DNA from: an uncultured Phocaeicola sp.
GTDB taxonomy: Bacteria > Bacteroidota > Bacteroidia > Bacteroidales > Bacteroidaceae
NCBI GenBank assembly: GCA_944322395.1
Contig: CALUPA010000002.1
Location: 18 to 64,017 of the forward strand
Reading direction: 5' to 3'
Length of the DNA: 64,000 nucleotides
This document shows, one piece after another, positions 50,829 to 62,334 of the stretch. A program made the translations under genes and the position numbers. How positions within the stretch are numbered: the stretch's first letter is position 1; every line of letters begins with the position of its first letter. Under the pieces are notes generated by a model, which had not been told where the DNA came from, searched no databases, and saw only the letters and a program-made list of their open reading frames with translations.

Positions 50829-51812
50829 TCAAAAATTGTTATTAAAACGTCCCATTTGAACATTCAGTTTACCCAACTCGTCTTTCCTTTTCATAAACTG
50901 CGGTATATAGTACTTTAGCACCATTTCTTCCTCAGAACCTGTCTTGACACAATCTGATGCCTTTTTCAACCACTCCTCAGCTTTATCCATATCAGCTGTC
51001 ATCTCGTACGAGAGTGCAATATTGTAGGCAGCCCTGAACTTGGTATTACCTTTCTTCAAACGGTTATAAACCTGAGTCCATAACTCTCGCGCAGCATCCC
51101 AGTTTCCTTCGTTTACATATACTCCAGCATCGCGCATTTCAACCCCACCGCCGTCAAAATACAATCTGTTGACAGTCTGCCAGTATGGGACTATCTTGTT
51201 GCTTATGACAGACGTTGCATGCCTTGTAGCCTCTTCTATAAGTTCTTTTTCCGATATTCTGTAGCCCATGTCGAAATACAAAGAATCGGTAGCAGTAAGC
51301 TCCACCAATGGTTTCTGTCGTCCCGGTATATATAATCTGACTATAGGTGTTACCTGAACCTGCAAGACAGGTATTGAAACGTCCCATCCGGGATTAGTAT
51401 ATTCTTTCTTTTCAACATCGAGAAACAGTCTTTCAAAAGATACTAACATGTCCACTCCCAACATTGAAGAAAGTTCATTTACTTCATCTGGAGTAAGAAC
51501 GGTTGAAAAGTCATCTGCACACAAAGCAGAATCACATATTATAACCTGATTAAAGAACTTGCTGTCAGCCAAAAAACCGGCCAAAGTTTCTGCTGCAACC
51601 TTTCCTTCTGCTTCCAACTTTCCTAAAGTCAGAATATTACTCTTTGCCTTAGGACGTGAAGGCATATTATTCACTACTCCAACTACAGAAATCTGATATG
51701 GAAAGTTAACTTCAGCAGGAGATAACTGATCGAAAGTAAGTGTCTGAATAGAACTACACGATGAAACTATAACACTTACAAACAATATGATATATAAAGA
51801 ATATTTCTTCAT
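50829..51812 (-). CDS. Lipoprotein with C-terminal TPR (DUF6340-like)
   Basis: Lipobox VSSC; AAYNIALSYEM...AEEW TPR. -7 box TAATTTTG at 51836-51843. Confidence 0.7.
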   Translation of the reverse strand: MKKYSLYIILFVSVIVSSCSSIQTLTFDQLSPAEVNFPYQISVVGVVNNMPSRPKAKSNILTLGKLEAEGKVAAETLAGFLADSKFFNQVIICDSALCADDFSTVLTPDEVNELSSMLGVDMLVSFERLFLDVEKKEYTNPGWDVSIPVLQVQVTPIVRLYIPGRQKPLVELTATDSLYFDMGYRISEKELIEEATRHATSVISNKIVPYWQTVNRLYFDGGGVEMRDAGVYVNEGNWDAARELWTQVYNRLKKGNTKFRAAYNIALSYEMTADMDKAEEWLKKASDCVKTGSEEEMVLKYYIPQFMKRKDELGKLNVQMGRFNNNF

Positions 51813-51892
51813 AATATATTCGTTTTTAGTTTGTACAAAATTAATATATTTCCGAATATTATGAAGTTAAAAGGTAATAAAGGTATAATAAT

Positions 51893-51924
51893 AAAGGTCG
51901 CCCCTTTGTTAAGAGACGACCTTT
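51893..51924 (-). terminator. secA terminator
   Basis: aaaggtcg...cgaccttt inverted repeat just past the secA stop. Confidence 0.7.
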
Positions 51925-51948
51925 AATACATTTATTTTATTAAATTTC

Positions 51949-54900
51949 TTATACTTTACCGTGACAGTTCTTATATTTCAATCCACTACCACAAGGACAT
52001 GGATCATTTCTGCCCACTGTTTTATCAGCCTTATATGGTTCATTCTTAACCTCTCTAGTATCCTTTCCGGCAGCATTTTGCTGAGATGCATCATTAAGGT
52101 CAACCTTCTCTTCCTTATACTGCTGTTTTCTTGGAGCCGGTTCCGGAGCTGCCTCACGGACCTGTTCCGGTTCCTGTACAGGTATCTGACCACGCATCAA
52201 TACAGAAATTGTATTGTTATTGATTTTTGCAACCATATTGTCAAACAGTTTCACAGACTCAAGTTTGAAGATCAACAATGGGTCTTTCTGTTCATAGCTT
52301 GCATTCTGAACCGAATGTTTAAGTTCATCAAGTTCGCGAAGATTTTCCTTCCATGCCTCATCGATAGTATGAAGAAGAATAGCCTTTTCGAAAGCCTTCA
52401 CGATTTCTTTTGATTCAGACTCATAAGCCGCCTTCAAGTTTACAGGGATGTTATACATACGTTTGCCGTCTGTAATAGGAATCATAATGTTTTCGTACAT
52501 CTGACCTTGATTTTCATACACCTGTTTGATTACCGGATTGGCAATCTGAGCCATACGGTCAGTCTTACGCTTGAAGATTTCCATTGCAGCATCGAATGTT
52601 CTTTCAGTAAGTTCATTCTTATCTTTTGAAGTAAATTCATCTTCTGTGAATGGAGTTTCCATTGCAAGAGTCTGAAGTATTTCCATCTTGGCTTCAGAGT
52701 AAGTAGCCATATCCAGGGCATTGGCACAGCGTTCCCAAATCATATTTACGATATCCATACCGATACGTTCACCCATCAATGCATGACGACGCTTAGTATA
52801 AACCACATTACGCTGTTTGTTCATAACATCATCATATTCGAGCAAACGTTTACGAATACCGAAGTTGTTTTCTTCAACTTTCTTCTGAGCACGTTCGATA
52901 GAATTTGAAATCATCTTATGCTCAATCATTTCTCCTTCTTTGAAACCAAGCTTATCCATTACAGACGCGATACGGTCAGAAGAGAACAGACGCATCAAAT
53001 CGTCTTCAAGAGAAACAAAGAATACTGATGAGCCCGGGTCACCCTGACGTCCTGCACGACCACGCAACTGACGGTCTACACGACGTGATTCGTGACGTTC
53101 CGTACCTATAATAGCCAAACCACCGGCAGCCTTTACCTCATCGCTCAACTTGATGTCGGTACCACGACCAGCCATGTTGGTAGCAATAGTTACTGTACGT
53201 CCCAAACCGGCTTTAGCAACGATATCAGCTTCTTTCTGATGCAACTTGGCATTAAGTACGTTATGTTCAATCTTACGAAGAGTAAGCATCTTGCTCAACA
53301 TTTCAGAGATTTCTACCGATGTTGTACCGACCAATACCGGACGTCCCATTTCAACCATCTTTTCAATCTCTTCGATAACAGCTTTATATTTTTCACGTTT
53401 AGTCTTATAAACGCGGTCGTTCATATCCTTACGTGCGATAGGACGGTTAGTAGGAATAGTCACTACATCAAGTTTATAGATATCCCAGAATTCGCCTGCT
53501 TCCGTTTCTGCAGTACCTGTCATACCTGACAGTTTGTGATACATACGGAAATAATTCTGAAGTGTGATTGTAGCAAAAGTCTGTGTAGCGGCTTCAACTT
53601 TTACACCTTCCTTAGCTTCGACAGCCTGATGTAAACCATCACTCCAACGACGACCATCCATTATACGACCAGTCTGCTCATCAACAATTTTAACCTGTCC
53701 GTCCATTACAACATAGTCAGTGTCCTTTTCGAACATTGTATATGCCTTAAGAAGCTGATTGATTGTGTGAACTCTTTCTGACTTGATAGCATAATTAGTC
53801 ATCAGTTCATCTTTCTTAGACAACTTTTCTTCGTCAGACAAAGATGTTTCATTTTCAAGTTCAGATAACTGTGCTGCAATATCTGGAAGAACAAAGAGTG
53901 TAGGATCTTGTGAATTACCAGTAATAAGTTCAATACCTTTATCTGTTAAATCAGCACTCTTCATCTTTTCATCAACAACGAAATACAGTGGTTCTACAGC
54001 TTCAGGCATACGTTTGTTATTGGCTTCCATATAGATAGCCTCAGTCTTCAGCATTCCTGCTTTAATTCCAGGTTCACTGAGGAACTTAATAAGAGGTTTA
54101 TTTTTAGGAAGAGCCTTATGACTGCGGAACAATGAAAGGAAACCCTCCTCAACTTCTTCTTTCTTATCAGAAGCTATAAGACGTTTAGCATCTGCCAGAT
54201 ATTGTGTAGCAAGCTTACGCTGAGCTTCAACAAGGCGCTCAACCAACGGACGCAAGACTTCAAACAATTGCTGATCTCCCTTAGGAACAGGACCTGATAT
54301 TATAAGAGGTGTACGAGCATCGTCAATCAGCACAGAGTCCACCTCATCGACAATTGCATAATTATGTTTACGCTGTACAAGATCTTTAGGACTATTTGCC
54401 ATATTATCACGCAGATAGTCGAAGCCGAATTCGTTATTAGTACCAAATGTGATATCTGCCATATAAGCACGGCGACGTGCAGCTGAGTTTGGCTGATGTT
54501 TGTCTATACAGTCGACACTCAAGCCATGGAACATATAGAGAGGTCCCATCCATTCAGAGTCACGTTTAGCAAGGTAATCGTTTACTGTTACCACATGTAC
54601 ACCATTACCAGTCAATGCATTAAGGAATACAGGCAATGTAGCAACTAGGGTTTTACCTTCACCGGTTGCCATTTCGGCTATTTTTCCCTGATGAAGAACT
54701 ACACCACCAAATAACTGTACATCGTAGTGTACCATTCCCCATTTCATGTCATTACCACCTGCTACCCAATGATTCTGCCATATAGCTTTGTCCCCTTCAA
54801 TACGAACAAAATCTTTACCCATAGCAGCCAGTTCACGGTCAAAGTCTGTAGCAGTAACCTCTATTTCTTCATTCTGGGTAAAACGTCTTGCTGTATCTTT

Positions 54901-55242
54901 TACTATAGAGAAAGCTACAGGAAGAACATCATTAAGAGCTTTTTCATATTTATCAAGGACTTCCTTTTCCAGTTTATCTATTTGCGCAAAAATAGGTTCA
55001 CGCTTTTCAATATCAGTAGCTTCGATTGTAGCTTTTAGTTCTTCAATCTTTTTATTCTCATCTACGGCAGAGTCCTTGATATATTTCTTCAATTCCTCCG
55101 TTTTGGCACGCAACTCGTCATTACTCAGCTTCTCAATTTCAGGGTACGCAGCTTTAATTTTTTCTACCCATGGCTGGATTTCCTTCATGTCACGAGAAGC
55201 CTTGTTCCCGAACAATTTGCTTATAAATTCATTAAATCCCAT
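51949..55242 (-). CDS. secA: Preprotein translocase ATPase SecA
   Basis: [41 protein letters not shown] motif CPCGSG.KYK.CH. -7 box TATCTTTG at 55300-55307. Confidence 0.98.
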   Translation of the reverse strand: MGFNEFISKLFGNKASRDMKEIQPWVEKIKAAYPEIEKLSNDELRAKTEELKKYIKDSAVDENKKIEELKATIEATDIEKREPIFAQIDKLEKEVLDKYEKALNDVLPVAFSIVKDTARRFTQNEEIEVTATDFDRELAAMGKDFVRIEGDKAIWQNHWVAGGNDMKWGMVHYDVQLFGGVVLHQGKIAEMATGEGKTLVATLPVFLNALTGNGVHVVTVNDYLAKRDSEWMGPLYMFHGLSVDCIDKHQPNSAARRRAYMADITFGTNNEFGFDYLRDNMANSPKDLVQRKHNYAIVDEVDSVLIDDARTPLIISGPVPKGDQQLFEVLRPLVERLVEAQRKLATQYLADAKRLIASDKKEEVEEGFLSLFRSHKALPKNKPLIKFLSEPGIKAGMLKTEAIYMEANNKRMPEAVEPLYFVVDEKMKSADLTDKGIELITGNSQDPTLFVLPDIAAQLSELENETSLSDEEKLSKKDELMTNYAIKSERVHTINQLLKAYTMFEKDTDYVVMDGQVKIVDEQTGRIMDGRRWSDGLHQAVEAKEGVKVEAATQTFATITLQNYFRMYHKLSGMTGTAETEAGEFWDIYKLDVVTIPTNRPIARKDMNDRVYKTKREKYKAVIEEIEKMVEMGRPVLVGTTSVEISEMLSKMLTLRKIEHNVLNAKLHQKEADIVAKAGLGRTVTIATNMAGRGTDIKLSDEVKAAGGLAIIGTERHESRRVDRQLRGRAGRQGDPGSSVFFVSLEDDLMRLFSSDRIASVMDKLGFKEGEMIEHKMISNSIERAQKKVEENNFGIRKRLLEYDDVMNKQRNVVYTKRRHALMGERIGMDIVNMIWERCANALDMATYSEAKMEILQTLAMETPFTEDEFTSKDKNELTERTFDAAMEIFKRKTDRMAQIANPVIKQVYENQGQMYENIMIPITDGKRMYNIPVNLKAAYESESKEIVKAFEKAILLHTIDEAWKENLRELDELKHSVQNASYEQKDPLLIFKLESVKLFDNMVAKINNNTISVLMRGQIPVQEPEQVREAAPEPAPRKQQYKEEKVDLNDASQQNAAGKDTREVKNEPYKADKTVGRNDPCPCGSGLKYKNCHGKV

Positions 55243-55342
55243 TATATATATTTATTTTTTATTTTCCGATTAATGCCGTTAAATATATTCAACAGCGTAC
55301 AAAGATAATTAAAAACACTCAAAAAGTGACAAACACGAACAT

Positions 55343-56926
55343 TTATTTACGTATTCCTGTCAAAGGAGCCGCCACACTGGCATTTGGAGCTCTAATACGC
55401 ATGAAGTGTGCTAAAGTAGGAGCTACAGCAGCCACTTTTACAGGTGAATATAGTATTTCTGACTTAATATTATAACCGAAAAAGAATATCGGTACAGAAG
55501 CATAAGCCTCACGCTCCACTCTTGAATTATTAGAAAATTCATCAACTACCTTCCACCCAGGAAGTATTTCAAGATATAAGTCACCGGAACATTCACGAGT
55601 AAATGAATTTCTTATTTTGTCTATTTTAGGATCCCAAGCCCCTAAAAGAAGGCGTTGTGAAGAATATGCAGCACGTATTCCGCTCATCTGAACAATAAAC
55701 TCAGAAGAGCGCGTCATAACCTCTGTAAGATTTAATTTTTTATCTTCTATAAGTTTATGATTTAAGTAAATCTGATTACCATAATAAGTTTCTACATACT
55801 GCCCCTGACCGTAAATAGCCATCAGATACATATTCAGTAAGGCTGAACAACGTTTAAGGTGAAATTCTCCAGTAGGAATCCTATATTCCGGAGAATCTTC
55901 GGGTTCGGGAGTACGGTATCCTGTAGAAGTTATGAAAATCAGTGTATTTTTCAATCCAACCTTACGATCGACTATGTCAAGCAAATCACCAATACTGTTA
56001 TCCAAACGTACATACACATCCTGTATTTCCATTGCATATTCAGTATCGGGTTTTCCATCGTAATTACCGGCATAATATCCCAATGTCAATAAATCTGGAG
56101 TATCATCCAATCCTGCGTTTGTATTATCCAAAAATACATTAACCAATTTATTAACCTCATCATTGGCATAAGGACTAGTCTTGAACTTCTTATATTTAAA
56201 AAGACGTTCATCTGTAAAGTTATGTTTGAATGTAATCTGTTTTGAATCAGTAGTTATATATTTATATGCGGTAACCGGCAAATAAGGCCCCCATGTAATC
56301 TGATCAATTCTAAAATCAAGTCCATTACGGTCATTAAAGTTTGAGACCCATTCTGGGAAAACTCCGTAATAGGTTGTACCACTCCATTTACCTGTTTCAT
56401 CATTTATCCAGAAAGCCCCTTTAGCAGCATGTCCGGCTCCCATTACTGCCATTTCCTTGGTCGGTGCAATAGAATAAACATGAGCCATCCCCCTTGTTGA
56501 GACCATAAGTTCATCGGCCAGATTAGAAACACTCAAATGTTGAGGAGAGGTATTCTCGGAAGTATAAATTCCCATATACGATTTGTCATCTACACTTTTG
56601 ACTAAGCATAGCGAATTTCTATCCATCCAGTTATTGCCAACTATACCATTATAGTAAGGTGTAGTTCCAGTATATATCGAAGCTACAGATGATGACTGGT
56701 CCGGTTTAATAAAATCATACTCACCATTCATATATACACGTCCTTCCTTGAAAAGACGCTTAAACCCTCTTTCGCCATACATGGCAGAGAATGCTTCAAT
56801 ATAATCAGTTCGCAACTGATCGATAGTCAATCCAATAACCAACTTAGGTACCGCAGGAACATTCTGTGCATTAATTCCTGATATTACGATAGCAGTTATA
56901 AGAGATGTTATTAATCGTTCTTTCAT
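55343..56926 (-). CDS. Alkaline phosphatase superfamily (PafA-like) protein with a degenerate active site
   Basis: PKLVIGLTIDQLR.DY, GFKRL, TG.TP..NGI..N.W. ATGA overlap with the upstream gene. Confidence 0.8.
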   Translation of the reverse strand: MKERLITSLITAIVISGINAQNVPAVPKLVIGLTIDQLRTDYIEAFSAMYGERGFKRLFKEGRVYMNGEYDFIKPDQSSSVASIYTGTTPYYNGIVGNNWMDRNSLCLVKSVDDKSYMGIYTSENTSPQHLSVSNLADELMVSTRGMAHVYSIAPTKEMAVMGAGHAAKGAFWINDETGKWSGTTYYGVFPEWVSNFNDRNGLDFRIDQITWGPYLPVTAYKYITTDSKQITFKHNFTDERLFKYKKFKTSPYANDEVNKLVNVFLDNTNAGLDDTPDLLTLGYYAGNYDGKPDTEYAMEIQDVYVRLDNSIGDLLDIVDRKVGLKNTLIFITSTGYRTPEPEDSPEYRIPTGEFHLKRCSALLNMYLMAIYGQGQYVETYYGNQIYLNHKLIEDKKLNLTEVMTRSSEFIVQMSGIRAAYSSQRLLLGAWDPKIDKIRNSFTRECSGDLYLEILPGWKVVDEFSNNSRVEREAYASVPIFFFGYNIKSEILYSPVKVAAVAPTLAHFMRIRAPNASVAAPLTGIRK

Positions 56927-58104
56927 TTCCATTTTTTATAAACAATCACATGCCCCAAAGCATTACACCAAAATCCACAAGCCAAAGGTAATACTGAAAT
57001 ATTAAAATCCTGTGGCATCAAAGGCATTAGCAATATAAATAATGTTAAATAAGCCAGATTTATAATATGATATCTATCTTTTTTGTGTTTTATATCATTA
57101 TAAACCATAAAAGGCAAATAAACAAGTGGAATAGGATTTAGTAATAATATCATCCAATTGGAACCTACGGTAGGATGAACCGAAAAGAAAAACAGGAAGG
57201 CAATTATACACCCCGATACTCCCTGTATTAAATACAAGAACAAATCCCACCACCAAAATATTCTCTTTCCACGGATTTGTAATATTATTACAATCAGATT
57301 TATCAACAAAAAGATAATAGAGCAAAACACAGGACCGAGTGGAAAAGAACTAACACCCTCTACCTCTCCTGCTTCAACTATTATTTCTTCCTTAGAAACG
57401 AATGGTCTTACATTCCCATCAGCACTCTCTATGACAGCCTTTTGTGCAAAATCATACATATAGAATGGAGAAAACATCTGTTGTCTGATACTTATGTTTT
57501 CATCCGCCTCGGCTCCTAAGCATAAATCTATACCTAATTCTTCCCACTGAAAGCCTTTGGTATATTCATGAATGATACTACGAAAAGTTTTATCTTCAGA
57601 AGCATCAGGATAAACAACTCTACCATTTATACTTTGTTCAATTCTATCACGCGCCCTTGTTGTACAATTGTCATAAAAGTAATTGTATCTATAAACACGA
57701 TTTTGCGGCAAGTAATTATCCAGTAACAGTCTCTGCAAATTAAGTTTTTCTACTTGAGTGAGGTTTATTACTTGCTGATATACAGCAGAGCCTCTAAATT
57801 TATATTCAGACTCAAAATAAGAATACTCTGTTACCCCCAGCTGATAATCGGTTTCGCCTTTTACAAACCTATATATAAAATTAGGAGCCGAAAAACTAAA
57901 CATTCCATAATTGAAAACCAAATCCCGGTTTTGTGTAAAATTCTGATACCTTATTGCAGTATGTCCAAAAAGAGAATATATTTCTGTACCAGGAGAACAA
58001 GTCAGTAAGCTAAACTGAATACTATCCTGCTTTTGTGCATATGATTTCATACACACGAAGAAGAACAATATGTATAACAAGAGTCTTACTTTATTTTTAA
58101 ACAT
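56923..58104 (-). CDS. lnb: DUF4105 protein, probably the Bacteroidetes lipoprotein N-acyltransferase Lnb
   Basis: SLLTC.PG..IY..FGHTAIR, FNYGMF, YRYNYFYDNCTTR, C-terminal TM bundle. -7 box TATTTTTG at 58141-58148. Confidence 0.75.
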   Translation of the reverse strand: MFKNKVRLLLYILFFFVCMKSYAQKQDSIQFSLLTCSPGTEIYSLFGHTAIRYQNFTQNRDLVFNYGMFSFSAPNFIYRFVKGETDYQLGVTEYSYFESEYKFRGSAVYQQVINLTQVEKLNLQRLLLDNYLPQNRVYRYNYFYDNCTTRARDRIEQSINGRVVYPDASEDKTFRSIIHEYTKGFQWEELGIDLCLGAEADENISIRQQMFSPFYMYDFAQKAVIESADGNVRPFVSKEEIIVEAGEVEGVSSFPLGPVFCSIIFLLINLIVIILQIRGKRIFWWWDLFLYLIQGVSGCIIAFLFFFSVHPTVGSNWMILLLNPIPLVYLPFMVYNDIKHKKDRYHIINLAYLTLFILLMPLMPQDFNISVLPLACGFWCNALGHVIVYKKWK

Positions 58105-58246
58105 GGTTTATCAAATTATGTACTTTTGTAATTTCCGCCGCAAAAATAAGACTAATTATCTATAAATATGAAACAAAACATCTATTTTATTGCAATTATT
58201 ACCCATTTTTTCTTTTACTTTGCAAGCAATAATTAAATTATATATT

Positions 58247-58972
58247 GTGAATTTAATAATAGACATTGGAAATACGGTAGCCAAACTTGCAGTTTTCGAT
58301 GGAGAAGAACAAATAGAAATACTCAGAGGTTCGAACCATTCTTTAGATTGTATAAAAATATTATGCAATAAATACCATATAGAGAAATGCATTATTGCAT
58401 CGGTTATTTCGTTAAGTAATACAATAAAAAGGCAATTGGCTAATGTTGATTTTCCGGTATTGGAACTCAATTATAAGACTCCCGTCCCAATAATCAACAA
58501 ATACAAAAGTCCGGAGACGTTAGGAATGGACAGATTGGCAGCTGTGGTTGGAGCAAACTACCTTAAGCCCAACAAAAACATACTTGTTATAGATGCAGGT
58601 ACCGCCTTGACATACGAATTTATAGACAAAGATGCGACATATTGGGGAGGTAACATATCTCCAGGAATTTATACCAGATTCAAGTCACTTAGTGCATGTT
58701 GTGACAAATTGCCCTTAATAGAAAAAAGCGGTGATTTACCAGAATTGGGTTTCAACACCGAAACTGCAATTAGGGCTGGGGTAATCAAAGGTATTGAATA
58801 CGAGATTAAAGGCTATATTTCTCAAATGCAGGAAAAATATCCCGATCTTTTAGTTTTTTTAACTGGCGGAGATAAATTTTCTTTTGATACAAATTTAAAA
58901 AGTATCATCTTTGCAGATAGATTTTTAGTTTTAAAAGGTTTAAACAGAATATTGAATTATAATGTCAAGTAA
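58247..58972 (+). CDS. coaX: Type III pantothenate kinase
   Basis: IIDIGNT, LGMDR, VIDAGTA.T, GGNISPG, TGGD, LVLKGL. GTG start at 58247. Confidence 0.93.
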   Translation: MNLIIDIGNTVAKLAVFDGEEQIEILRGSNHSLDCIKILCNKYHIEKCIIASVISLSNTIKRQLANVDFPVLELNYKTPVPIINKYKSPETLGMDRLAAVVGANYLKPNKNILVIDAGTALTYEFIDKDATYWGGNISPGIYTRFKSLSACCDKLPLIEKSGDLPELGFNTETAIRAGVIKGIEYEIKGYISQMQEKYPDLLVFLTGGDKFSFDTNLKSIIFADRFLVLKGLNRILNYNVK

Positions 58973-60242
58973 AAAAGTAATCATTAGCGCTATATTTGCA
59001 ACAGCATCGATATATGCTTTTGCACAATCAAGCACTAACTCACCATATACCAGATTTGGATTTGGAGACTTGTCAGATCAAGTCTTTACCAGCAATGCTG
59101 CTATGGGAGGAGTAGGAAACGCCCTACGCTCAAGCAGACATATAAATACAATGAATCCGGCATCTTATACATCTGTAGATTCCTTATCTTTCATGTTCGA
59201 TATCGGTTTCAGCATGAAAAGTTCCAATTATAAAGAAGGTAATATCAGATCAAACGCGAGAAACTCAAGTTTCGACTATCTTGCTATGCAATTTCGTTTA
59301 CATCCAAGAATAGGAATGGTGATTGGTTTTACACCTTTTTCTACTGTTGGATATAATTTTAGCACAAGTGATTACGCATCAAATAGCAATAGTGTTTCAG
59401 TCACAAACACTTATTTTGGAGATGGAGGTACTAATGTAGTTTTTGCCGGATTAGGTCTTAAAATCTTAGATAATCTATCTATTGGTGGTAATATTGGTTA
59501 TTTATATGGTAAACATGAATATACCACTACAGCTACATTAAGCAATGGAGGAGATTATACAATTAATTTTAGGAACCTGAAAGTTAAAAGCTATAAGCTT
59601 GATTTAGGTTTACAATACACGCAACCTATCAACAAAGACAACAATATTACTTTAGGTCTGACATATGGACTTGGACACAATCTAAACTCAACAGAAAGTA
59701 TAGGAACACAAGTAACCGATGGAAACACATACACATCAACAACATCGAATACTTTCTACGACGGATATGGAATTCCATCAACATATGGTATCGGTCTATC
59801 CTACCAACATAAAAACAAACTGACAGTTTGTGTAGACTATACTATGCAGGAGTGGTCTAAAGTAAATTTATCCAATAAAGCTGGAATGTATAACAACCGA
59901 AATAAGATAGCTGCAGGTTTAGAATATACACCTAATCGGATTGGCCGTAAGTTCTTGCAAAGAATATCATATAGAGCAGGAGTATATTACAACACTCCAT
60001 ATATAAAAATACCAGATAATAGTGAAGCAACATCCTACTCAGACGGAGCAAGGGAAATCGGTATCGGAGCAGGTTTCGGCTTTCCTTTATCATTATTCCA
60101 AAGAAAAACGATGTTAAGTATAACAGGGCAATATATAAACCTTTCGCCAAGCAACAACAATCTGATGTCTGAAAACAGATTCGTATTGAAGATAGGGCTT
60201 ACTTTGAATGAGCCTTGGTTTATGAAATGGAGAGTTAACTAA
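58962..60242 (+). CDS. Outer-membrane beta-barrel (FadL/TodX-like)
   Basis: [21 protein letters not shown]-terminal hatch pattern; C-terminal E.WF. Confidence 0.75.
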   Translation: MSSKKVIISAIFATASIYAFAQSSTNSPYTRFGFGDLSDQVFTSNAAMGGVGNALRSSRHINTMNPASYTSVDSLSFMFDIGFSMKSSNYKEGNIRSNARNSSFDYLAMQFRLHPRIGMVIGFTPFSTVGYNFSTSDYASNSNSVSVTNTYFGDGGTNVVFAGLGLKILDNLSIGGNIGYLYGKHEYTTTATLSNGGDYTINFRNLKVKSYKLDLGLQYTQPINKDNNITLGLTYGLGHNLNSTESIGTQVTDGNTYTSTTSNTFYDGYGIPSTYGIGLSYQHKNKLTVCVDYTMQEWSKVNLSNKAGMYNNRNKIAAGLEYTPNRIGRKFLQRISYRAGVYYNTPYIKIPDNSEATSYSDGAREIGIGAGFGFPLSLFQRKTMLSITGQYINLSPSNNNLMSENRFVLKIGLTLNEPWFMKWRVN

Positions 60243-60280
60243 TTTTATAAGTACACAATAAACAATTAAATTAATATACG

Positions 60281-61642
60281 ATGAGAATGAAGATGTTTAC
60301 AATGCTTTGTGCCATGACATTAGGTACAGCAGCAACTTTTGCTCAAAAAGGAGTAGAAGACGGTTCTAGATTTGGACATGGAGAAGACAGTATCCGTTGT
60401 CTTCAGAACATCAGTATTTATACTGAATACGTTAAAACAGACAATTTCAAGGATGCATATACACCTTGGAAAGCAGTATTCACTGAGGCTCCATTTGCAC
60501 AGGTTGGTACATATACTAATGGTGCAAAAATTCTTCGTGGATTAATACAAAGCACAAAAGATGCAGCTCAACAGAAAGCATACCTTGATGAGTTGATGGC
60601 TGTTCACGACCAACGCATTAAGTATCTTGACCAACTAAACAAATTGGTTAGATCAAAAGCAACAGAAGGTTCAATCATAGGAATGAAGGTTCATGATTAT
60701 ATAGTATTTTCCGGAAAAAACCTTGATATAAACCAAGCTTATGAATGGGCTAAGCAAGGCATTAATATGGAGAAAGACAAATCTGATTACTTCATGTTCC
60801 TTGACATGATGGATATGTCATCTCGCAAATTAAAGGCGGACGAAACTCACAAAGAACAGTTCATACAAGACTATCTGACTGTTTCAGGTTATGCTGATGC
60901 TGCTTATAAAGCAGAGAAAAAGGAAAAGATGAAAAATCTTCTAAAAACTACAAAAGATAACGTTGATGCATACTTTATAAACAGTGGTGCAGCATCATGC
61001 GAAAACCTGCAGTCTATCTATGGTCCTAAGGTTGCACAAAACAAAACTAACCTAGAATATTTAAAACAAGTTATTTCTGTTATGCAACTTTTGAAATGTA
61101 CTGAAGAAGAAGCATATTTTGAAGCTTCTGAAGCTGCACATGCAATTGAACCAACAGCTGCAACAGCTGCCGGATGTGGTTACATGTACTACAAGAAAGG
61201 TGACTTGGACAAGAGTATAGGATATTTCGACCAGGCAATCGAACTGGAACAGGACCCATTGAAAAAAGCAGAATACTGCTACAATGCAGGAGTTATTCTT
61301 TTCAGCAAAAAACAGTTGAGCCGTGCTAAACAGTATTGCAACAAAGCTATCTCTTTCAATAACAACTATGGTGATGCTTATATACTTATAGCACAGATGT
61401 ATGCTTCAAGTCCTAACTGGAGTGATGAATCTGCTCTGAACAAATGTACTTTCTTTGCTGTTATTGATAAACTTCAACGTGCTAAGAGTGTAGATCCAAG
61501 CGTTGCAGAAAAAGCAAACGAACTTATCAGAACATATTCTGCATATACTCCAAAAGACGAAGACCTGTTCTTCCTTGGCTTAAGTAAAGGCCATACAGTT
61601 ACTATCGGAGGATGGATTGGCGAAACAACAACAATCAGATAA
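60281..61642 (+). CDS. Secreted TPR protein
   Basis: Signal peptide and several TPR repeats near the C-terminus. Confidence 0.8.
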   Translation: MRMKMFTMLCAMTLGTAATFAQKGVEDGSRFGHGEDSIRCLQNISIYTEYVKTDNFKDAYTPWKAVFTEAPFAQVGTYTNGAKILRGLIQSTKDAAQQKAYLDELMAVHDQRIKYLDQLNKLVRSKATEGSIIGMKVHDYIVFSGKNLDINQAYEWAKQGINMEKDKSDYFMFLDMMDMSSRKLKADETHKEQFIQDYLTVSGYADAAYKAEKKEKMKNLLKTTKDNVDAYFINSGAASCENLQSIYGPKVAQNKTNLEYLKQVISVMQLLKCTEEEAYFEASEAAHAIEPTAATAAGCGYMYYKKGDLDKSIGYFDQAIELEQDPLKKAEYCYNAGVILFSKKQLSRAKQYCNKAISFNNNYGDAYILIAQMYASSPNWSDESALNKCTFFAVIDKLQRAKSVDPSVAEKANELIRTYSAYTPKDEDLFFLGLSKGHTVTIGGWIGETTTIR

Positions 61643-61648
61643 TTAAAT

Positions 61649-62281
61649 ATGTCATATAGACACATCTTTTTCAAAACAAAATATTTTATAAGCATAACAG
61701 TTGCCGCATGGGCAACTGTTATGTTTCTTTTTTTTCCTTCATGCGGCAGCAAAGACAAAAAACTGGCAGACGCAATTGACGAAAAAGACTCACTTCCTGA
61801 CATGTACACCACAGGGGTTACCTCGTATGTATCGGATTCAGGAATGATAAGGTATAAAATCGTAACAGATGAATGGCTAGTATTTACCAAGAAAGATCCG
61901 CCTTATTGGGCTTTCGAAAAAGGACTGTATCTGGAAAAGTTCGACTCCTTGTTCAGGGTAGATGCAAGTATAAAAGCCGACACAGCATACTACCATGAGA
62001 AAAAGGAAGTCTGGGAACTAAGAGGAAACGTACACATACAAAATCAGCTGGGGGATAAATTCGACACTGAACTTCTTTTTTGGGATCAGGCCAAAGAACG
62101 CATATATTCCGATAAATTCATAAGGATAGAGCAAGAGGATAAAATTCTGACAGGCTACGGCTTTGACTCTAATCAAGAAATGACAGAATACGAGATATTT
62201 ACACCTACCGGTATTTTTACTGTTGAAGATACCGCTCCTACAGATACTTCAACGACCTCAAAATCTATCGTAGACAAATAG
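61649..62281 (+). CDS. lptC: LPS export protein LptC
   Basis: SDSG, F.KG...E.FD, IKADTAYY, WELRGNV, TELLFWD, IYSDKFIRI, G.GF. Confidence 0.88.
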   Translation: MSYRHIFFKTKYFISITVAAWATVMFLFFPSCGSKDKKLADAIDEKDSLPDMYTTGVTSYVSDSGMIRYKIVTDEWLVFTKKDPPYWAFEKGLYLEKFDSLFRVDASIKADTAYYHEKKEVWELRGNVHIQNQLGDKFDTELLFWDQAKERIYSDKFIRIEQEDKILTGYGFDSNQEMTEYEIFTPTGIFTVEDTAPTDTSTTSKSIVDK

Positions 62282-62334
62282 TTGGTTTATAGTAAGACCA
62301 TATTTGTCTTATTAAATACTATTATTATAAACAA

